From Trichodelitschia bisporula (lineage: Eukaryota): a stretch of 64,000 nt of DNA. Positions within the stretch are counted from its first letter, which is position 1. The number at the start of each line of letters is the position of its first letter. The position numbers were made by a program, and so were the translations under genes. The stretch lies in assembly GCA_010356995.1 (NCBI GenBank), contig ML996687.1, positions 1,923,803 to 1,987,802 on the forward strand, read 5' to 3'. Positions 23,586 to 37,312 of the stretch are shown here, piece after piece. Under the pieces are notes generated by a model. That model saw nothing but the letters and a program-made list of their open reading frames with translations. It was not told the origin of the DNA and searched no databases.

Positions 23586-26278
23586 TCACATAACCGCACA
23601 TCCCATGCCATACATAGCCCTCTCCACATCCCGCTTAACAGTGAACCAGTCCGCCCGCCGCTCCGCAAACTCATACACCTCCTCCGCGCGAAAGATGCCG
23701 CCGTACTTCTCCGAGTCAGCAATGATGGTGCCAATCTCCTTTGCGTCCCTGGCGTCGATGAGGTAGATTTGCGATAGCTCGCGCATCGCGTTGAAGTACT
23801 GCAGAAGGGACTTATTCTTGAACGTGCGGATAAAGTCGTGGTAGCAGTTCATGTCGCTGGCCATCAGCGCGGGAATACGAGACGACGAAGGACTTACCTG
23901 ATCAGCTTAATCGCCCCCTCGGTACTCACCCGCTGCCGCTTAAGATGCTTGCACAGCACAGTAAACAGCCTCACACCTACCTCCTGATTAAACACATCCA
24001 GCACGCCCTTCTCCGTACTCCCAACCAACATCCCCGTATGCCCCTCCACAACCTTCACAATCCGCCTCGCACACTCACTCGGCCCCAGATCCGTAACCAT
24101 CTCTCCAGCAGGCGGGTTATAATCCCCCGGCTTCTGGGTCGTGGCACACAGATACTCAACTTCGTCCATAAGCACGTCAATCCCCATATTCAACCCCGCC
24201 GCCACGCGCTCGTCTAACATCTGCTCAAACCGCCTCTTCTCCTGCGCGGCAGGGGAGACGAAATCATCCCTATCGCACAGCCTTGGCGCAACCAGTTCCT
24301 GCGCGTAGAACACGTCTACCATCTGCTGTATCAAATCGCCCACATTCACCAGCTCCAAAAAAGTAACCAAAGGCTCCACGCCCCCGTCCTCCGCGTGCGC
24401 CATCTCCCGCGGCTTGTACTCGGACAGATGCTGCACCGCCCTGTCGAACCCAGCTTTTATATGCCCCGTCCCCAGGGTCTGGAGCAGCGCGACGAACACG
24501 GCTTCGCATTGCTCGCGCGCTTCTTCCCCGGACTGGCCCCCGAGGGACACGAAGGTGGCGAGGCGCTCGAGGGATGCTTTGGCGGCGTGGACGAGGGTGA
24601 GCGCGAGCTCGATGCTGAAGAGCGAGGATATGCCCTGTAGGCGCGAAGTCATGATGGCGACCTTCGCAGCCAGCTCCGTCGTCGGGGCCAGGGACTGCGG
24701 CCGCGCTACTGGTATCGGCGTCGAGGTCGACGATCTATCGGGGACGGGTGTTGAGGGGTGGGAGGTGGGTGTGTCGGCTGGTTTGGACGCGGCGAAAGAT
24801 GTAGGCAGCGTAGAAAGGGCGTTGACGGGCAACATGACGACCTTCTTGAAGCTGCTCAGGAAGTCCGCCTTCGCAGCCTGCCGGCTGACGTTGCTCATGT
24901 AGAAGCTCTCCGTGCTGGCTGCCTCCTCGGCTATCCTTCTCTTCCACGCCGCGACATCGGCGTCCGATTTGCGCTGGAAGTAGTCCAGCTCCTCCTGTAG
25001 GTAGAGATCGAAATGCGGCTCGAAGCAGCGCGCCACAATAGCCTTGACATCCTGCGCGAAGCTCGGCGGCGAGGCCTGCGTAGGCTTGAGGCTGATGGCG
25101 AAGCGCAGCGCCTGCTCGAACACGCCCGCCACGGCCTTGAGATAGACCTCGACATTCTGCTCGTGCGCCTCGTCGAACAGCGTCGTGATATACTCAGCGA
25201 TGATATCCTCAGCCACGCGCTCGACGAACGGCTTCAACGCATCCACCGTCACAGGAAACACGCGGTCTATAACCCCCGCCTGCTCATTCAGCGCCCGCGC
25301 CAGGTCGCGAAAGAACGCCTGCACAGGCCCCAAATTAACCATTCCCGCCGCCGCCGTCCTCAACCCCTCCAGCGGATCCCCCAACCCCGCGACGCCCCGC
25401 GCCATAAGCGGGTCATTCTGGATATAAAAATCCACCCCCGCCGCACCCCCATTCAGCGCAACAAGCACATGCGCATACCGCCTCATCCGCCCATCCACAT
25501 CCCCCTCCTCAATCCCGCGCTCAAACTCCCTGAGCACCGCGTTCTCGAATATCCCCACCATGCTCTCGACCTTCTCTTCCCGCTCCAGTCCGCCTTGCGT
25601 CCAATCGCACCGCGCAAAGGTGCGGAGTTGTGCGAGCATCGCGGCTTGTTGTTCCGGCTCGCGATACATGCGGAAGAGCACGGGGTCGGAATGGCTCCGC
25701 GCCCGGGCTAAGTCCAGATACAGCGGCGCGAGCACGCGGTACACCTTCCCGAACTCCTGCCGTGCACGGCCGCGCACGCTCTGCACGCGGGCTAGCACCG
25801 TGAGCGCAGCCCCGGGGTCCGCATCCACTCCCCCAGCCACAGGCTCAAACACCGGCCGCACGTTCTCAAACCCCGGATCTACAGCCCCACGGCCCATGCC
25901 CGTCACACCCCTCATCCGCCTCTGCTCAGCCTCGACATCGAAAAGCGCGCTCTCCGGTCGCTTCCCCGCACTCTTGCGTGCCTCGCTCTCCGCGCGCCGT
26001 CTCGCCTGAGCCTCAGCCTCATTCCACACGCCCAAGGCCTTGAGCCGGCGCACCCATCGCGAATCATCATACACCATCTCTCTCGACCGCCTGGAGGTTT
26101 GCGCAAAGCGGAGGAGGGCGGGGACGGGAAGGTAATCGAGGAGGAGGGACATTAGTTCTGGCTAGTTAGCGGGGTTTAAGGAGGGATGGGGGGGGGACAT
26201 ACCGGCGGGGAGCGCGGCTTTAGAGTCCCCGATGATGGCGGTCGCCTTGAGCGAGGCGGGGAGCTTGTTTGGCGCCAT
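23586..26278 (-). CDS. RCY1: Recyclin-1, F-box + Sec10-like endocytic recycling protein
   Basis: N-terminal F-box (LPA-intron-ELMSLLDYLPVPALLRFAQTSR), long helical Sec10-like body (FLELVNVGDLIQQM, KRRFEQMLDERVAAGLN) and C-terminal CaaX box CAVM*. Two introns. Confidence 0.9.
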
Positions 26279-29086
26279 GGTGGTTAGAGGGGGAGTTTGC
26301 GGGGCATTTGGGGGGTTGGAGTAGAGCCAAAAGCGGGAGCTCTACGGAGGTGAGCGAAGATGGGCGTGAGGGAGTCGGTGGACTGTAAATCGCCGTGTAA
26401 AAGGTATGATGCCGCAGTTCGTCTGCTCGTATCTCGAGCCTGAACCCGTGGTGTTGTCGTGCGCCCCCGAGACATGATGCTGATTAGATAAGATGGAGAT
26501 AAGATAAGATCCTTCGTCATCAGGACCCTGATGACCTTAACGCCGACGACGTCGACAACTCGACATCATGCAACCTTCGACGTAACCGATCACAAGCCAA
26601 ATCTACTGTGATCATATCTGCAAATATATCTAATTTTGTCTGCATAACATTCTCGTTCCCGTTCCCGCGAGACTTTTCTCCTTAAGATCTTTTATGCTGT
26701 GCCTCGTAGGCGAGGAATCTGGACCATACCGGTACTGTATCAATGTTTCACAGCCTCTGGCATTTCCCGTCTCCAAACACCGGCAGTTTGCATGGTACTT
26801 TCTAGCATCAGCATTAATTGCCCATCATATGAACAGATCTTACGGCATCAGATGGCAAGGCTTGGGGGCCAAAGAGCCGCTTTGACAGCGAACTCGCATC
26901 GGGGAGAGCAAACTACCGAAGCGTCTCACGACTTGAGAAGACGTCGGCCCTACCAAACATGAGGCTCATATCCCACCCCACATCCACAAGTGCACCCATC
27001 TGGAGCCCCGGAACCGCAGCAAACCACCACGTTGTACTCCCCAAGGCTGCGGTTGCCTTGTAGGCAAACCAGATGCAGCATCTCGTGAGCCTAGAGTCCG
27101 CTAGCGGCTCCCGGTCAAACGAAGAACCTAGATGTACCAGCGCACGTCCAGGTCGAGCCGTCATGGCCATTAGTTATGCGCATATCCGGGTTCGAGATTG
27201 GATGCTTGACGCGATATGAGCCGCCGATGCACTGCAGCCGATTGCTGGACGACACGCAAGGCTGCGATCGGCGGTGTGGGTGTCAACTGGCAGTGGCAGT
27301 CTCTCGCGTGGGGTCAACCCCGCGCAGTACTGTACCAAGGCGTCGTGGGGCAGGGCTTCCGACGGGTGGTCGCGACACCCAGCTGGTTGCTTCCAATTCG
27401 CAGCTGAAATGCGTGTCCAATCAGCCGGCGAGGACATGATCGGGTGTGCCAGTCCGGGGAAGGGTTTGTTGAATGACAACCTGATTGCTGAAAAATCTAG
27501 CTGCTTCGAGTGGACTGGGGGGTGACGCGGGTTTGCGCTCCTATCATCGTGACTTGCTGAGGTGTTATGCCAGCACCTGATCCGGGTCTGGCCATTCGTC
27601 CTCAACAATTGCAAAGCCTTCGCTCGACCGCTCCGGCTCACAATCTACGGCCGCGGAGGGACAGGCAAATAGTGGTATATTCTCACTCTAGATGCGCTGA
27701 AGGATTCGAACCTTCATTTCAGGATACGGCCCTCGTCCAAAAGCGGCAGCTGCGCGTTCAAATACTTGGCGAGCTGGACAGCCACACAGCCAGCAGCCCT
27801 CGGCCAGGACAGGCTAGCATTGCTGATATTGCGCTGCAGCTTACCAGCCGAGAAAGTGAGCGATTTAGACCGGATCAGGACGACAACCCCTCCTTTGCGT
27901 CATTGCGGCTCGAGGACCGTGAGGTTGTAGTCGGGGGTCGCAGACGACCAGATCCGATGCGGTCGGCTGTTGATGGTGGTAAACGCGACGGCTAAAGGCT
28001 CGTTTTGTGGTCCACGAAGCGCCACGTGAATCACTGAGGATCGTTAAGCGTGCTTCACCGGACGCATTCGTGCATGGTTGGGCCGACCCCACGGCTGGAC
28101 GCCATAGGACGGATTGGGCCGGGGGGAGTGCGCCCCGCTGTAACTGGGCAAAATGCCTTGGGGAAGCCTGACGGGGGGCAGTGCTCGGGACGACCCGATG
28201 GCAGGCGGGAGAGAAGAAGGGCGGAAAGAAAGACGGTGAGGTCAGTGCTGGCTGTTGTCTGTCAGAGAGTGAAAGGGAACCGACAGCAATATGGACGTTT
28301 TGACGAGCCGAAAGCCGGACCGCTTGAATCGTCGACGGGAGATCCGCCGGGTGTTTCATGGCGTCGGAGCGACCCGCGCCGCGAACCACTTGTGCGGAAG
28401 TTTGGATGTCGATGTCGATGTTCCAACGCCATGCAAAACGCAAAACATCCAGGCAGAACCAATGCTCGCCCCGCTCTCACCACCCAAAGAACACACGACA
28501 AAAACGGCCATCTGGAGTAGCGTGGGACTGTTAGTGTGAGTGAGACTGCACGTCTGCTGCACCAGCAAGCTGCGCGTCAATGCGAGTTGCGCATCGCGGG
28601 TGAAGCGTTTCCTTCCCCCGATGGCTTTTAATGTCCCCCATGCTAGCCTGACCGGTCAGCGCCCCCGTTGGGCGGAGCAAGAGCACGAGCAAGGGGAAGC
28701 AAAGCCAACGCAGCTGTGCGGCTCCTCCATCTCATCTTAACATTGCGCGCGCAACTCCACCACTGCTAAACAAATCCTTTTCCATCGAACCTTACTATCG
28801 AACTCAGCCTGACAACCGCCCGTTCCCCGCTCACCGCTTCGAGAAAACGAGTCTCGGGTTCCTGAAGCCATTTCCTACCCCGCGAGGCGTCCCATCCCGC
28901 ACTCACTCACCCCCCTCATCCCCCCCTTCGCCCCCGTGAGCTTTCTCCCCGCCCCCATCGAGGGATCCATCACCGCCGGGCTGAGGACCTTCGCCCACCG
29001 GTCGAAAAGCCACTAACTGGGGCATCGTATTCGCCGCGCTCACAGCGGAACACCCACCCCGCCCACCACATTCCCCCTCAGACGCC

Positions 29087-31721
29087 ATGGATGTAATGTC
29101 GTCTTCGCGGCCCGTATACAATGAGGCCCCGCCACCACCCTTTCTCGACGATGCCTTCCTGCGCGAATTCTTCGAGGGCACCGCCGATGCTGAGTTGATC
29201 GCAGAGTTCATGGAACAAGACCCCGACCTCACCTCCTTCAACGACCTCTGGAACTATCCCGATATGCAGTACACGCCGGAGAACGCCCCCCTCTGGGACG
29301 GCACCCAGTTCGTCTCCAGGAACGGCCAGTTCGTCCCCAGGAACGGCCAGTTCGTGGACAGACAGGCTATGCCGCCGCTCCCGCCGCGCGCGCAGGTCCG
29401 CCGCCCGCTCTACAACGCACAAGGTAGATGGCCCACCGCCGCCTCTCCGGCTTCCGAAGCTCACATCGCAGTCCCCGTCTCAGCGGCCCAGCACGCGATG
29501 ACCACGCAGACAATGAACGCGCAGCCTCTAAACGCCCAGGCGCTGGACGCGCCGATGAACCAGTGGTACGCAAACCCAATGACGCAACTACGCTTCAACG
29601 GCGACGCGCCCGTCTATCCCTCCAACGACTGGGGCCTCTACACCAATACCTTGCCCTTCGGCCCGTTGCCGACGCAAATGGACAACCTCTCTGAATCGAG
29701 CTTCTCGTCGCCTGATGCGCCGTTTGTCACCACGCCTGGCTCGAGTCACAGTCCTATGGCTCCCGCGCTGCGGTACACGGCTGTATCCCCCACGCCCATG
29801 CCCGCGCGATCGGGTTCGCACGGGCACTCCCAGGCCAATTCGCCCGCTTTGCAGTTCCCGCCTACAGCGCCGATGATGGCGCAACAGGGCAGCAACGCCT
29901 CGCACAGCTCGCAGGGGGGGATGAGCATGAGCATGTCGATCTCAATGGGTGGCTTCGAGTCTGATGTTCCATCGCCGAGTACGGATGGGTCGGGAAGGGT
30001 GCGCGTCCCCACGCCGGGAAGTCCGGAGAGCGATTGGAGCGTGATTGAACGGAGCGAGGTTGCGGAACGGGGTGAACTGCAGGAAATGAAGAGGGTGCTG
30101 GTGGCGCAGACGGGTGTTTTCCGGGTTAAGGAAAAGAAGGGGGGGCAGGGGAAGAGGGGGAAGAAGAGGCCTGGGGGCAGGATGGTGGGGAGTCATTTGC
30201 CGATTGAGAAGGCGACGAAGGCGAAGCTTTTGAGGAGTGAGGGGAGTTGTTGGAGTTGTTGTTTGCAGCGGGATTCTGTGAGTTTGGATTTGCGTCTTTT
30301 GGGGGGGTGGTGCTGATGGGGGCTAGTGCTCGAGTGGAGAGACGTGTGCCCGCTGCCAGAAGCGTATGAGCAAGTTCAGCCACATGGAGCATAGTCTCGG
30401 GTGCGACCGCACGAAGCTGCAGGAGCTGAAGGTGTACTTCATCCCAGGTAGTACCCCCCCTCCCCCCTTTCCCACCCCCATACCGGCGCTAACCCGCGCA
30501 GTAGACATCCTCAACAAAATGCACGAGCGACAAGCACTCGTCGACTTCAGCAAAGCGCACATCAAGCGCTTCTCCAACGTATGCATCGTGCTCAACCTCG
30601 AGCCCATCTGGGGTCTCCCACGCGTCGAATGCAAAGTCTACGAATTCGAGCCGCTGACCCGGGATCTCCTGTTCCAGTACCAATACGTCAAGAACCAGAC
30701 GACCGGGAAATGGGATTTGCGTAAGCAGCCGTGTCCCCCTATTGCGATGATTGAGGTGGAGAATATGGATCGCCAGATATATGACCAGTACTTGACGGAT
30801 GTGGCGGATAATTACCTCGGTGAGTTCGCGGGGCGGTTTTATAAGAGCGAGCAGGACGATTTTTGCGCCCGCTTGCTTCACCTGATGGTTCAGTATCACC
30901 GCGCCTCGGGCCCGAACGACGAAGAGGTGCGTCCGCTGTATCTTCCCAAGTGATCTTGCTAACCCCACCGCAGAAGAGCTTATTACACGAAATCTTCCGC
31001 CTTCTCGTCGCAACCTACATAATGGGCCGGTCCATCACAATCCCCCGCTCCCAATGGCCCAGGCTCACCAAACTAAAGTCCCACGCCCACTCCAGCCCCT
31101 CCTGGGCCACCCACATCTCCCCCCGTATGACCAACAAACAACTCAAATACCTCTGGTCCAGCCTCTTCAACTCCGCCATGGACAGTGTCCTGAAACGGCT
31201 CCAACAGTCCCTGCGCTCGTCGAACGGGGACAAGAAATGGACTTCCGCGTTCTGTGCCTTCCTGGGCCTGGCGATGTGTTTCGAGGACGTACAGCGCACG
31301 GTACATGTTTTTTGCGAGAGTGATGCGAAGGACGGGCTTTGTGCGCAGGATGTGGCGGATCGGAGGGCGGAGGATACGTGCCGTGCCACCGATGAGAAGT
31401 TCCGGTTTATGGCGGCGCTGTTTCGCGCGAAGCATAGCCGGTTTAATCCCTTCCGACCCGGCCCAGCTCGAGAAAAGATCGGCCCCGCGGCCAGGGGGTT
31501 GGTCGAAGGGGTTGAGGAGCTGGTGAGGGAGAAGAGTGAGTTTTCCCCTTTTTTTTTTTTTTTTTTTTTGATACTGGGGGAGGGGCTAACTTGTTTCCCT
31601 AGGTGAATTCCTCCAAGAACGCCAACACCAAGAAATCCTCGCCGCGAACCAAGGGCGGTATACCGCGCGCTTGCTCGCGCGCTTCTTGCTCCCCTTCTGG
31701 GGGCCTAGTCGGGAGGTTTGA
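29087..31721 (+). CDS. Putative fungal transcription factor with a Cys6 zinc-cluster-like domain
   Basis: Acidic/Pro/Ser-rich N-terminus, basic KRGKKRPGGR, then CWSCCLQRDS-intron-CSSGETCARC...LGCDR. Helical C-terminal domain over three further introns; stop at 31719-31721. Confidence 0.75.
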
Positions 31722-32562
31722 TTTCGCTCGTTAGCATGTCATTTGGTCTTTTTCGTATTCCCCGGGGTCGACAAATGTCCTGGTAAGGCAAAAAGGGTTC
31801 AAATGAGGCCGGGCTGGGGCTGGGAATGGGATGTGCTCTGATATTAGCGGGTTTACGGTAGGGAGGGGATTGGATAGGATTTGGATTTGAACTGGAATTT
31901 GGACTGGCATACGGCTTACGCCCGCCCACCCCTAGGGCGGCATTCAACGGCATTAGTTACTTGGAATATTTGGTTCGAGTACGCGGACTGGCTCCGTCCC
32001 GTTGACTTGGAATGGGAGGATGTGCGCATTACCACGGTACCGTACACACCGAAAGGAGAAAGACCCCCTGTCTGCAAGCCTCGCACCCAGCCTTCCTCCC
32101 TACCTCCACCACCCATCACCATCGCCATCAAAACTTCACTCCAGATGCTTCTTCACGATATTGGTATATTGGTTCTGGGGGTGAGATGGAGCGGCAGAAT
32201 TGCGGGAGTCCATCCCCCCCCCCCATTCCTACTTATAAACCAGCAAGATCCCACCCACACTCAAGCAATGCCCTCCACTACAGTAAACAACATCATATCA
32301 TCATTACCCCGACCTTCCTCCCCCATTCTCCAGTACCCACCCATCAATCCAGAGCACCTGTCCCGTCATAGAAACACTACTCCGCATACCCAACCCGGCA
32401 CAAAGAACGCAAAAGAAAAACGCCCCCGATCCATCCATACCCGCCCGTCCTTTCTCCAAACACCTGACCCCCCATTTCCCCACCATTCCCCCATCCCCCA
32501 CCCCCCAACCTTTTCCCCATACTCCCCGCACTACATCCCCCGTCCCCCACCCACCCTCCGCC

Positions 32563-35500
32563 TTACACCCCCCCGGCACTCCTAACCAACCGCCCCCCCG
32601 CACTTCCCCTCTTCCTTAACCTCTCCTGCGCCTGCGCCGCCAACCCCCCCTGNNNNNNNNNNNNNNNNNNNNNNNNNNNNNNNNNNNNNNNNNNNNNNNN
32701 NNNNNNNNNNNNNNNNNNNNNNNNNNNNNNNNNNNNNNNNNNNNNNNNNNNNNNNNNNNNNNNNNNNNNNNNNNNNNNNNNNNNNNNNNNNNNNNNNNNN
32801 NNNNNNNNNNNNNNNNNNNNNNNNNNNNNNNNNNNNNNNNNNNNNNNNNNNNNNNNNNNNNNNNNNNNNNNNNNNNNNNNNNNNNNNNNNNNNNNNNNNN
32901 NNNNNNNNNNNNNNNNNNNNNNNNNNNNNNNNNNNNNNNNNNNNNNNNNNNNNNNNNNNNNNNNNNNNNNNNNNNNNNNNNNNNNNNNNNNNNNNNNNNN
33001 NNNNNNNNNNNNNNNNNNNNNNNNNNNNNNNNNNNNNNNNNNNNNNNNNNNNNNNNNNNNNNNNNNNNNNNNNNNNNNNNNNNNNNNNNNNNNNNNNNNN
33101 NNCCCGGCACATTAACACTCGCACTCCTCACCGCCTTCCTCGTAATACCAGGCGGAGTACTGCGGCCACTACTCCCCGTCCCCGTCCCCGTCCCAGCGGG
33201 CAGTGCCGGATCCGCCGCCGCCAGCGCCAGGAACACAGCGTGCGTCTGGCGGGACCTATCCAACGCATTCGGATTCCCCCCCAGGGCCAGCGCATGATGC
33301 ACGCTCCACAAATCGCCCTTCTTGATACTCGCCAATAAGGCGTCGTCGGGCGTCGAGTACGCGCTGAGCGTAGCAGACAGCGGCGCGACCCACGCGCGCT
33401 GCGCGTATTTGGCGGTTATGAAGCGCAGGCGCGCGTCGCGGTTAGCCTGCGGCGAGGGCTTGACATTCGAGCCGCGCGGGAGCGCAGCCTCCCAGATAGA
33501 ATTTGCATTCGCATTCCCCGTCGCCAACAACAGCGCCACGACATCCGGGGTAAACGCATTAGGATCCAGGGTCAAGGAGCGCACCTTCGAGATATGCGTT
33601 CCGAGGCTGCGGTGGATGCCGGAGCACTCTATACAAATCACGACGGCGAGGTTGATGCTGACCCAGTCGACCTTAGCATCGGACCCGCAGTCCGCGCACG
33701 TGGAGTTCTGTGCGCCTGGGACTTCGCGCAGTTGACGCAGGAGCCGGTGGCCGGCCTCGCCGTCGGCGAATTTATGCGGCCGGTCGCCGACGGTGGCGTG
33801 CCGGGCGGGGGCTTTGGAGGCGCCGTGCGTGCTGCCGCGGTGGGAGGTCGATGCGCTCTTCCCCGTCAGGACACTCGCAATGTCCTTCCTCAGCGAGCCC
33901 GAGGGCGCCTGGTCGGGGGGCGGAGAAGGCGCTTTCCCCTCGACGGCAGACTGGAGCGCGTTATTAATCGTCAGGATCCAAGACTTCATGTCGTCCTCGC
34001 TGGTAGCCTGATACACGCGTGTGAACTGCGGCGTTATGATTTCGAAGCAGAAGCGGCGGTCTGCGTTGCGGGCTTCGCGGACCGAGGCGACGCGCAGGTC
34101 GATGGGGTCCATGTGGAGGTCGAGCTTTTGCTTCCAGTTTGTGTATTCGGAGAGTTTGCCTTGGTCGAGGACGATCCAGAATCTGGCGTGTTAGTTTTTG
34201 CGCTCTTGCTATTGAGGGCAGAGGGACTCACTTGTGCCACGCCTGCTTGTTCAATCCCATCGGGTCCGCATGACTTCCCGGCCGGCTCAGCGCCCACACG
34301 AGGCCCTCCTTCCGATGTCCCGCCGCCTCCGTCGGCCCGGAGTAATCCTTCTCTTCCAGATCCCGAATACCCTTGAACTTGTTGCTCTGGCTAGGAGACC
34401 CACCGAGCATCGTCGGCTGCGACGACTGCGCCGGACTGACATTCACACCATTCGCCGGCGCCGACGTCGACGGATTAACCGCATTGCGATACGCCAGGCT
34501 CGCCGACCGCACGGGGTCACCGTTCATGCCGGGCCTCGTGCCATTAGGCTGCGCAGGCGTAGCCGGCGGCTGCTGCACGGGAGTTTCGGGCTCGGTGTAC
34601 GCCGGGGCGGTCTTTTCCAGGGCGCGACGCTTCTCCTCGCGTTCGGTGCGGTGCAACTGAAACTCCTTGTCCGCCTCCTGGACACCGAGATTCAGTGCCT
34701 CGAGCTGCGGCAACATCTGCTCAATCTTTTTCGCGGTGGCGAGGAAGCCCTTGGCTTGTGCATCGGCGTATTTCGTCAGACTCGACAAGACCTCCTGGTC
34801 CTTGCGGCCGCCGTGGAGATCTTGCATGAACGACGAGTAGTCAAACCGCTTGAGCTCGAATTCGCGCCGTTTCTTCTGGTACTTGGAGTCGGTCTCTTCT
34901 CTCTTCTTTTCCTTCATCGAGTCCTGACGCTGTCCGAGGTAGCGGCTCACAAACGCGTAGTACTCCTTGCTGACTTCCTCAAAGTCGCGTTTCTTCGATT
35001 CAGCCTGCTTGATGTCGTAGTTGTACAGCCTCGAGATCGGGTCGATGATCAGCTTCCGGAGGTGGGACGTATTCCGATGCTCGTATGCCAGGATTTCGCG
35101 TGCAATCTTGTCAAAATAGTGGTCAATAGCGGGCTGTACGGCGTGCACATTCGAGCTCGACGCCTCCTTGAGTGCATCCATCAAGCCATTCATACTCTCG
35201 TTGTACGCCGCCTGCGCCTCAAGCGCCGCCTCCGCCTTGCGCAGCACCTTCTTCCAGCGCAGACGCATGTTGCCCGTCCGCTGCTCCATGGCCTTCATGG
35301 TGGCACGGAACAGCGGCCCGTCCTCAACAGCACTGACGTCGTCGCCCGGCCGCTGACACGCAACATCAACCTTAGTCGTTCCTGTCATGATCGGCACCAA
35401 AGCCAAATCGTCCTCAGGCTGCATCGGCGGAGACGGCTGCTCTCGAAAATCAGCAGTGTCGGAGTCGCTGACACGGGATTCGATGGACTGGGATGACGGT

Positions 35501-36394
35501 ATCCGCATCTTGGGGAGGATGTCGAGACGCTCAGAGGGCAGTCTTGGGCTGGAAAGCCGGTGCGTATCTTTCGGGTTAATAGAGCGACGATGCAGTGAAG
35601 CAGGGGACGCACTCTGAACCCAGAACGAAAACGTCGTCAGAGGATCGAGACGGTGGTTACGCTGGTCGTACTCGACAAACTGTCTCACTGTTAGCTGGTG
35701 CACACTTGGACATGGCCACACATACACTGCAACACGTCCGCCACCCACCGCCACGGTCCTCCATCGGCCGCGGAGGCTTCCACTTCCACGACCAGCGGAA
35801 CTGCACCGACGGTGCTCCCAGCGTCGAGTAGTCACCGATGAGCTGAACATTCGGGTTATTCTTGTGCAGATTCGGGTCGGCGTGCAGCTCGCGGGTGATG
35901 AGGTTGTCCAGCTCCCGAGGGCTAGGCGCGAACATAAATGTAAGACCGTTGATCACCGTGTCGACAGGCGAGACGTCGTTGCCACCGTAGTTGTTTGTCT
36001 GGCGCAACACAAAGGTAAAGTTGAAGATCAACTCCTCGTCGTTCGTGAGACGCACGAGAAAGCCCTGGCCATCAGGATCCTACGTCCTCCATCAGTATTT
36101 GTTCGGCCTCCTCATGTCCGTCCCTCAAAACACGCACCTGGACAAACTCGACGGGAGCCTCGTCGCCATCTCGCCGGGCGACGTAACGTGAAGCGGGATA
36201 CTCATTCGGCGACACGGTGAGGAGAGTGCGGCCGCGCACCGTGGTGACATTTAACGCGGATACGGCAACTAGTTGCGGGGGGTCAGCACTGCCTCGTGAA
36301 GCGACAAAGAAGGGAGCAAAGACGAACAGCGTGTCTGGTCTCTCAGATACAAGGCGGAGGCGCCCTCGCCGGGCTTGCTTATGATGTTGCCCAT
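32563..36394 (-). CDS. ArfGAP of ACAP/centaurin-beta type (BAR-PH-ArfGAP-ankyrin); spans an N-gap
   Basis: MGNIISK start (myristoylation-like MGxxxS), EDGPLFRA BAR start, RKEGLVW..RRFCFEIITP PH domain, CADC..ICIECSGIHRSLGTHISKVRSL ArfGAP zinc finger. The 3' end after the gap is inferred (..RLRKRGSAGGRLVRSAGGV*). Confidence 0.9.
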
Positions 36395-37192
36395 CGTGTA
36401 GCGCGCAGGCGCGAGTAGAAGGTTATGGGGAGCGTCGCATGCAGTGGCGGAGGTGTGTTGAAGCGGACGCGACTGTGGGGCGGGGGGGGGGGTGGTTCGG
36501 TGAGGGCCTCGAGGGACGAAGGATGGTCGTGAATGGTGCTATGCTAATGGCCTGGAAGCTGCGGGGTATGGATGCAGGAGGGTTAAGAGAGTATGAGGTT
36601 ATTGGGTAGTTGTTTGTTTTTTGGAATGCTGAGAGATGTTCGGGATAGGCTACTGTGTATTTGGGGGAAAGGGGGAGAGTAGTGGTGGGTGGGGGGTTGT
36701 TGGGCGTTGGAGTTGGTGGTCCGGGCGGTGGGTCCCTAAGTGAGATTGGAGAGATGAGCGACGGGCTGGGCGGGAGAGGGTTGAGAGTACCGTAGTGAGG
36801 GAGATTGGGGGGGGGGGGGGGGAAGGGGGTGGGGGGTGTTGCAGTAGAGGGTTAGTTCTAGTGGAGCAGACTGGAGGACTGAAGGACAGAGTACAGAGTG
36901 CATGATTGTCGCTGGCATTGAATGGGACGGGATCAGATTAATTCACTGCACACCTCTTCGGGTCCTTTCATTAATGGGTTCTGTTGTTGTACACGTCTCT
37001 ACAGTAGGCAACGGTACACTACTTCTACTCAGCCTCATCTTCAGTTGCCTTTCTTCGCCTAAACAAGTGAAGTGACGATAGCCTCAACATTCGACATGAT
37101 GCATGTGGCGCCGCGTGGCTTAGAGTACCCGTGCCGTTGCCGTCGGCGACTGTGTATCAGAGTGAGGCTCGTGTTCGCCATCTTGTGGAAGA

Positions 37193-37296
37193 CATCAAGA
37201 CATCAAGCCATCAAGCCATCAAGCCATCAAGCTATCAAGCTATCAAGCTATCAAGCTATCAAGCCATCAAGCCATCAAGCCCATCAAGCCATCAAG
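37193..37296. repeat. Octamer tandem repeat (C/T)ATCAAGC x ~13
   Basis: Directly visible; lies just 3' of the ATP11 stop. Confidence 0.95.
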
Positions 37297-37312
37297 TCAT
37301 GATCCTCACGCA

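Noticed and set aside
26694..28740. Many short ORFs in the RCY1-TF spacer, and likewise at 53138-54502
   Set aside because: No codon bias, domain motif or consistent exon chain.
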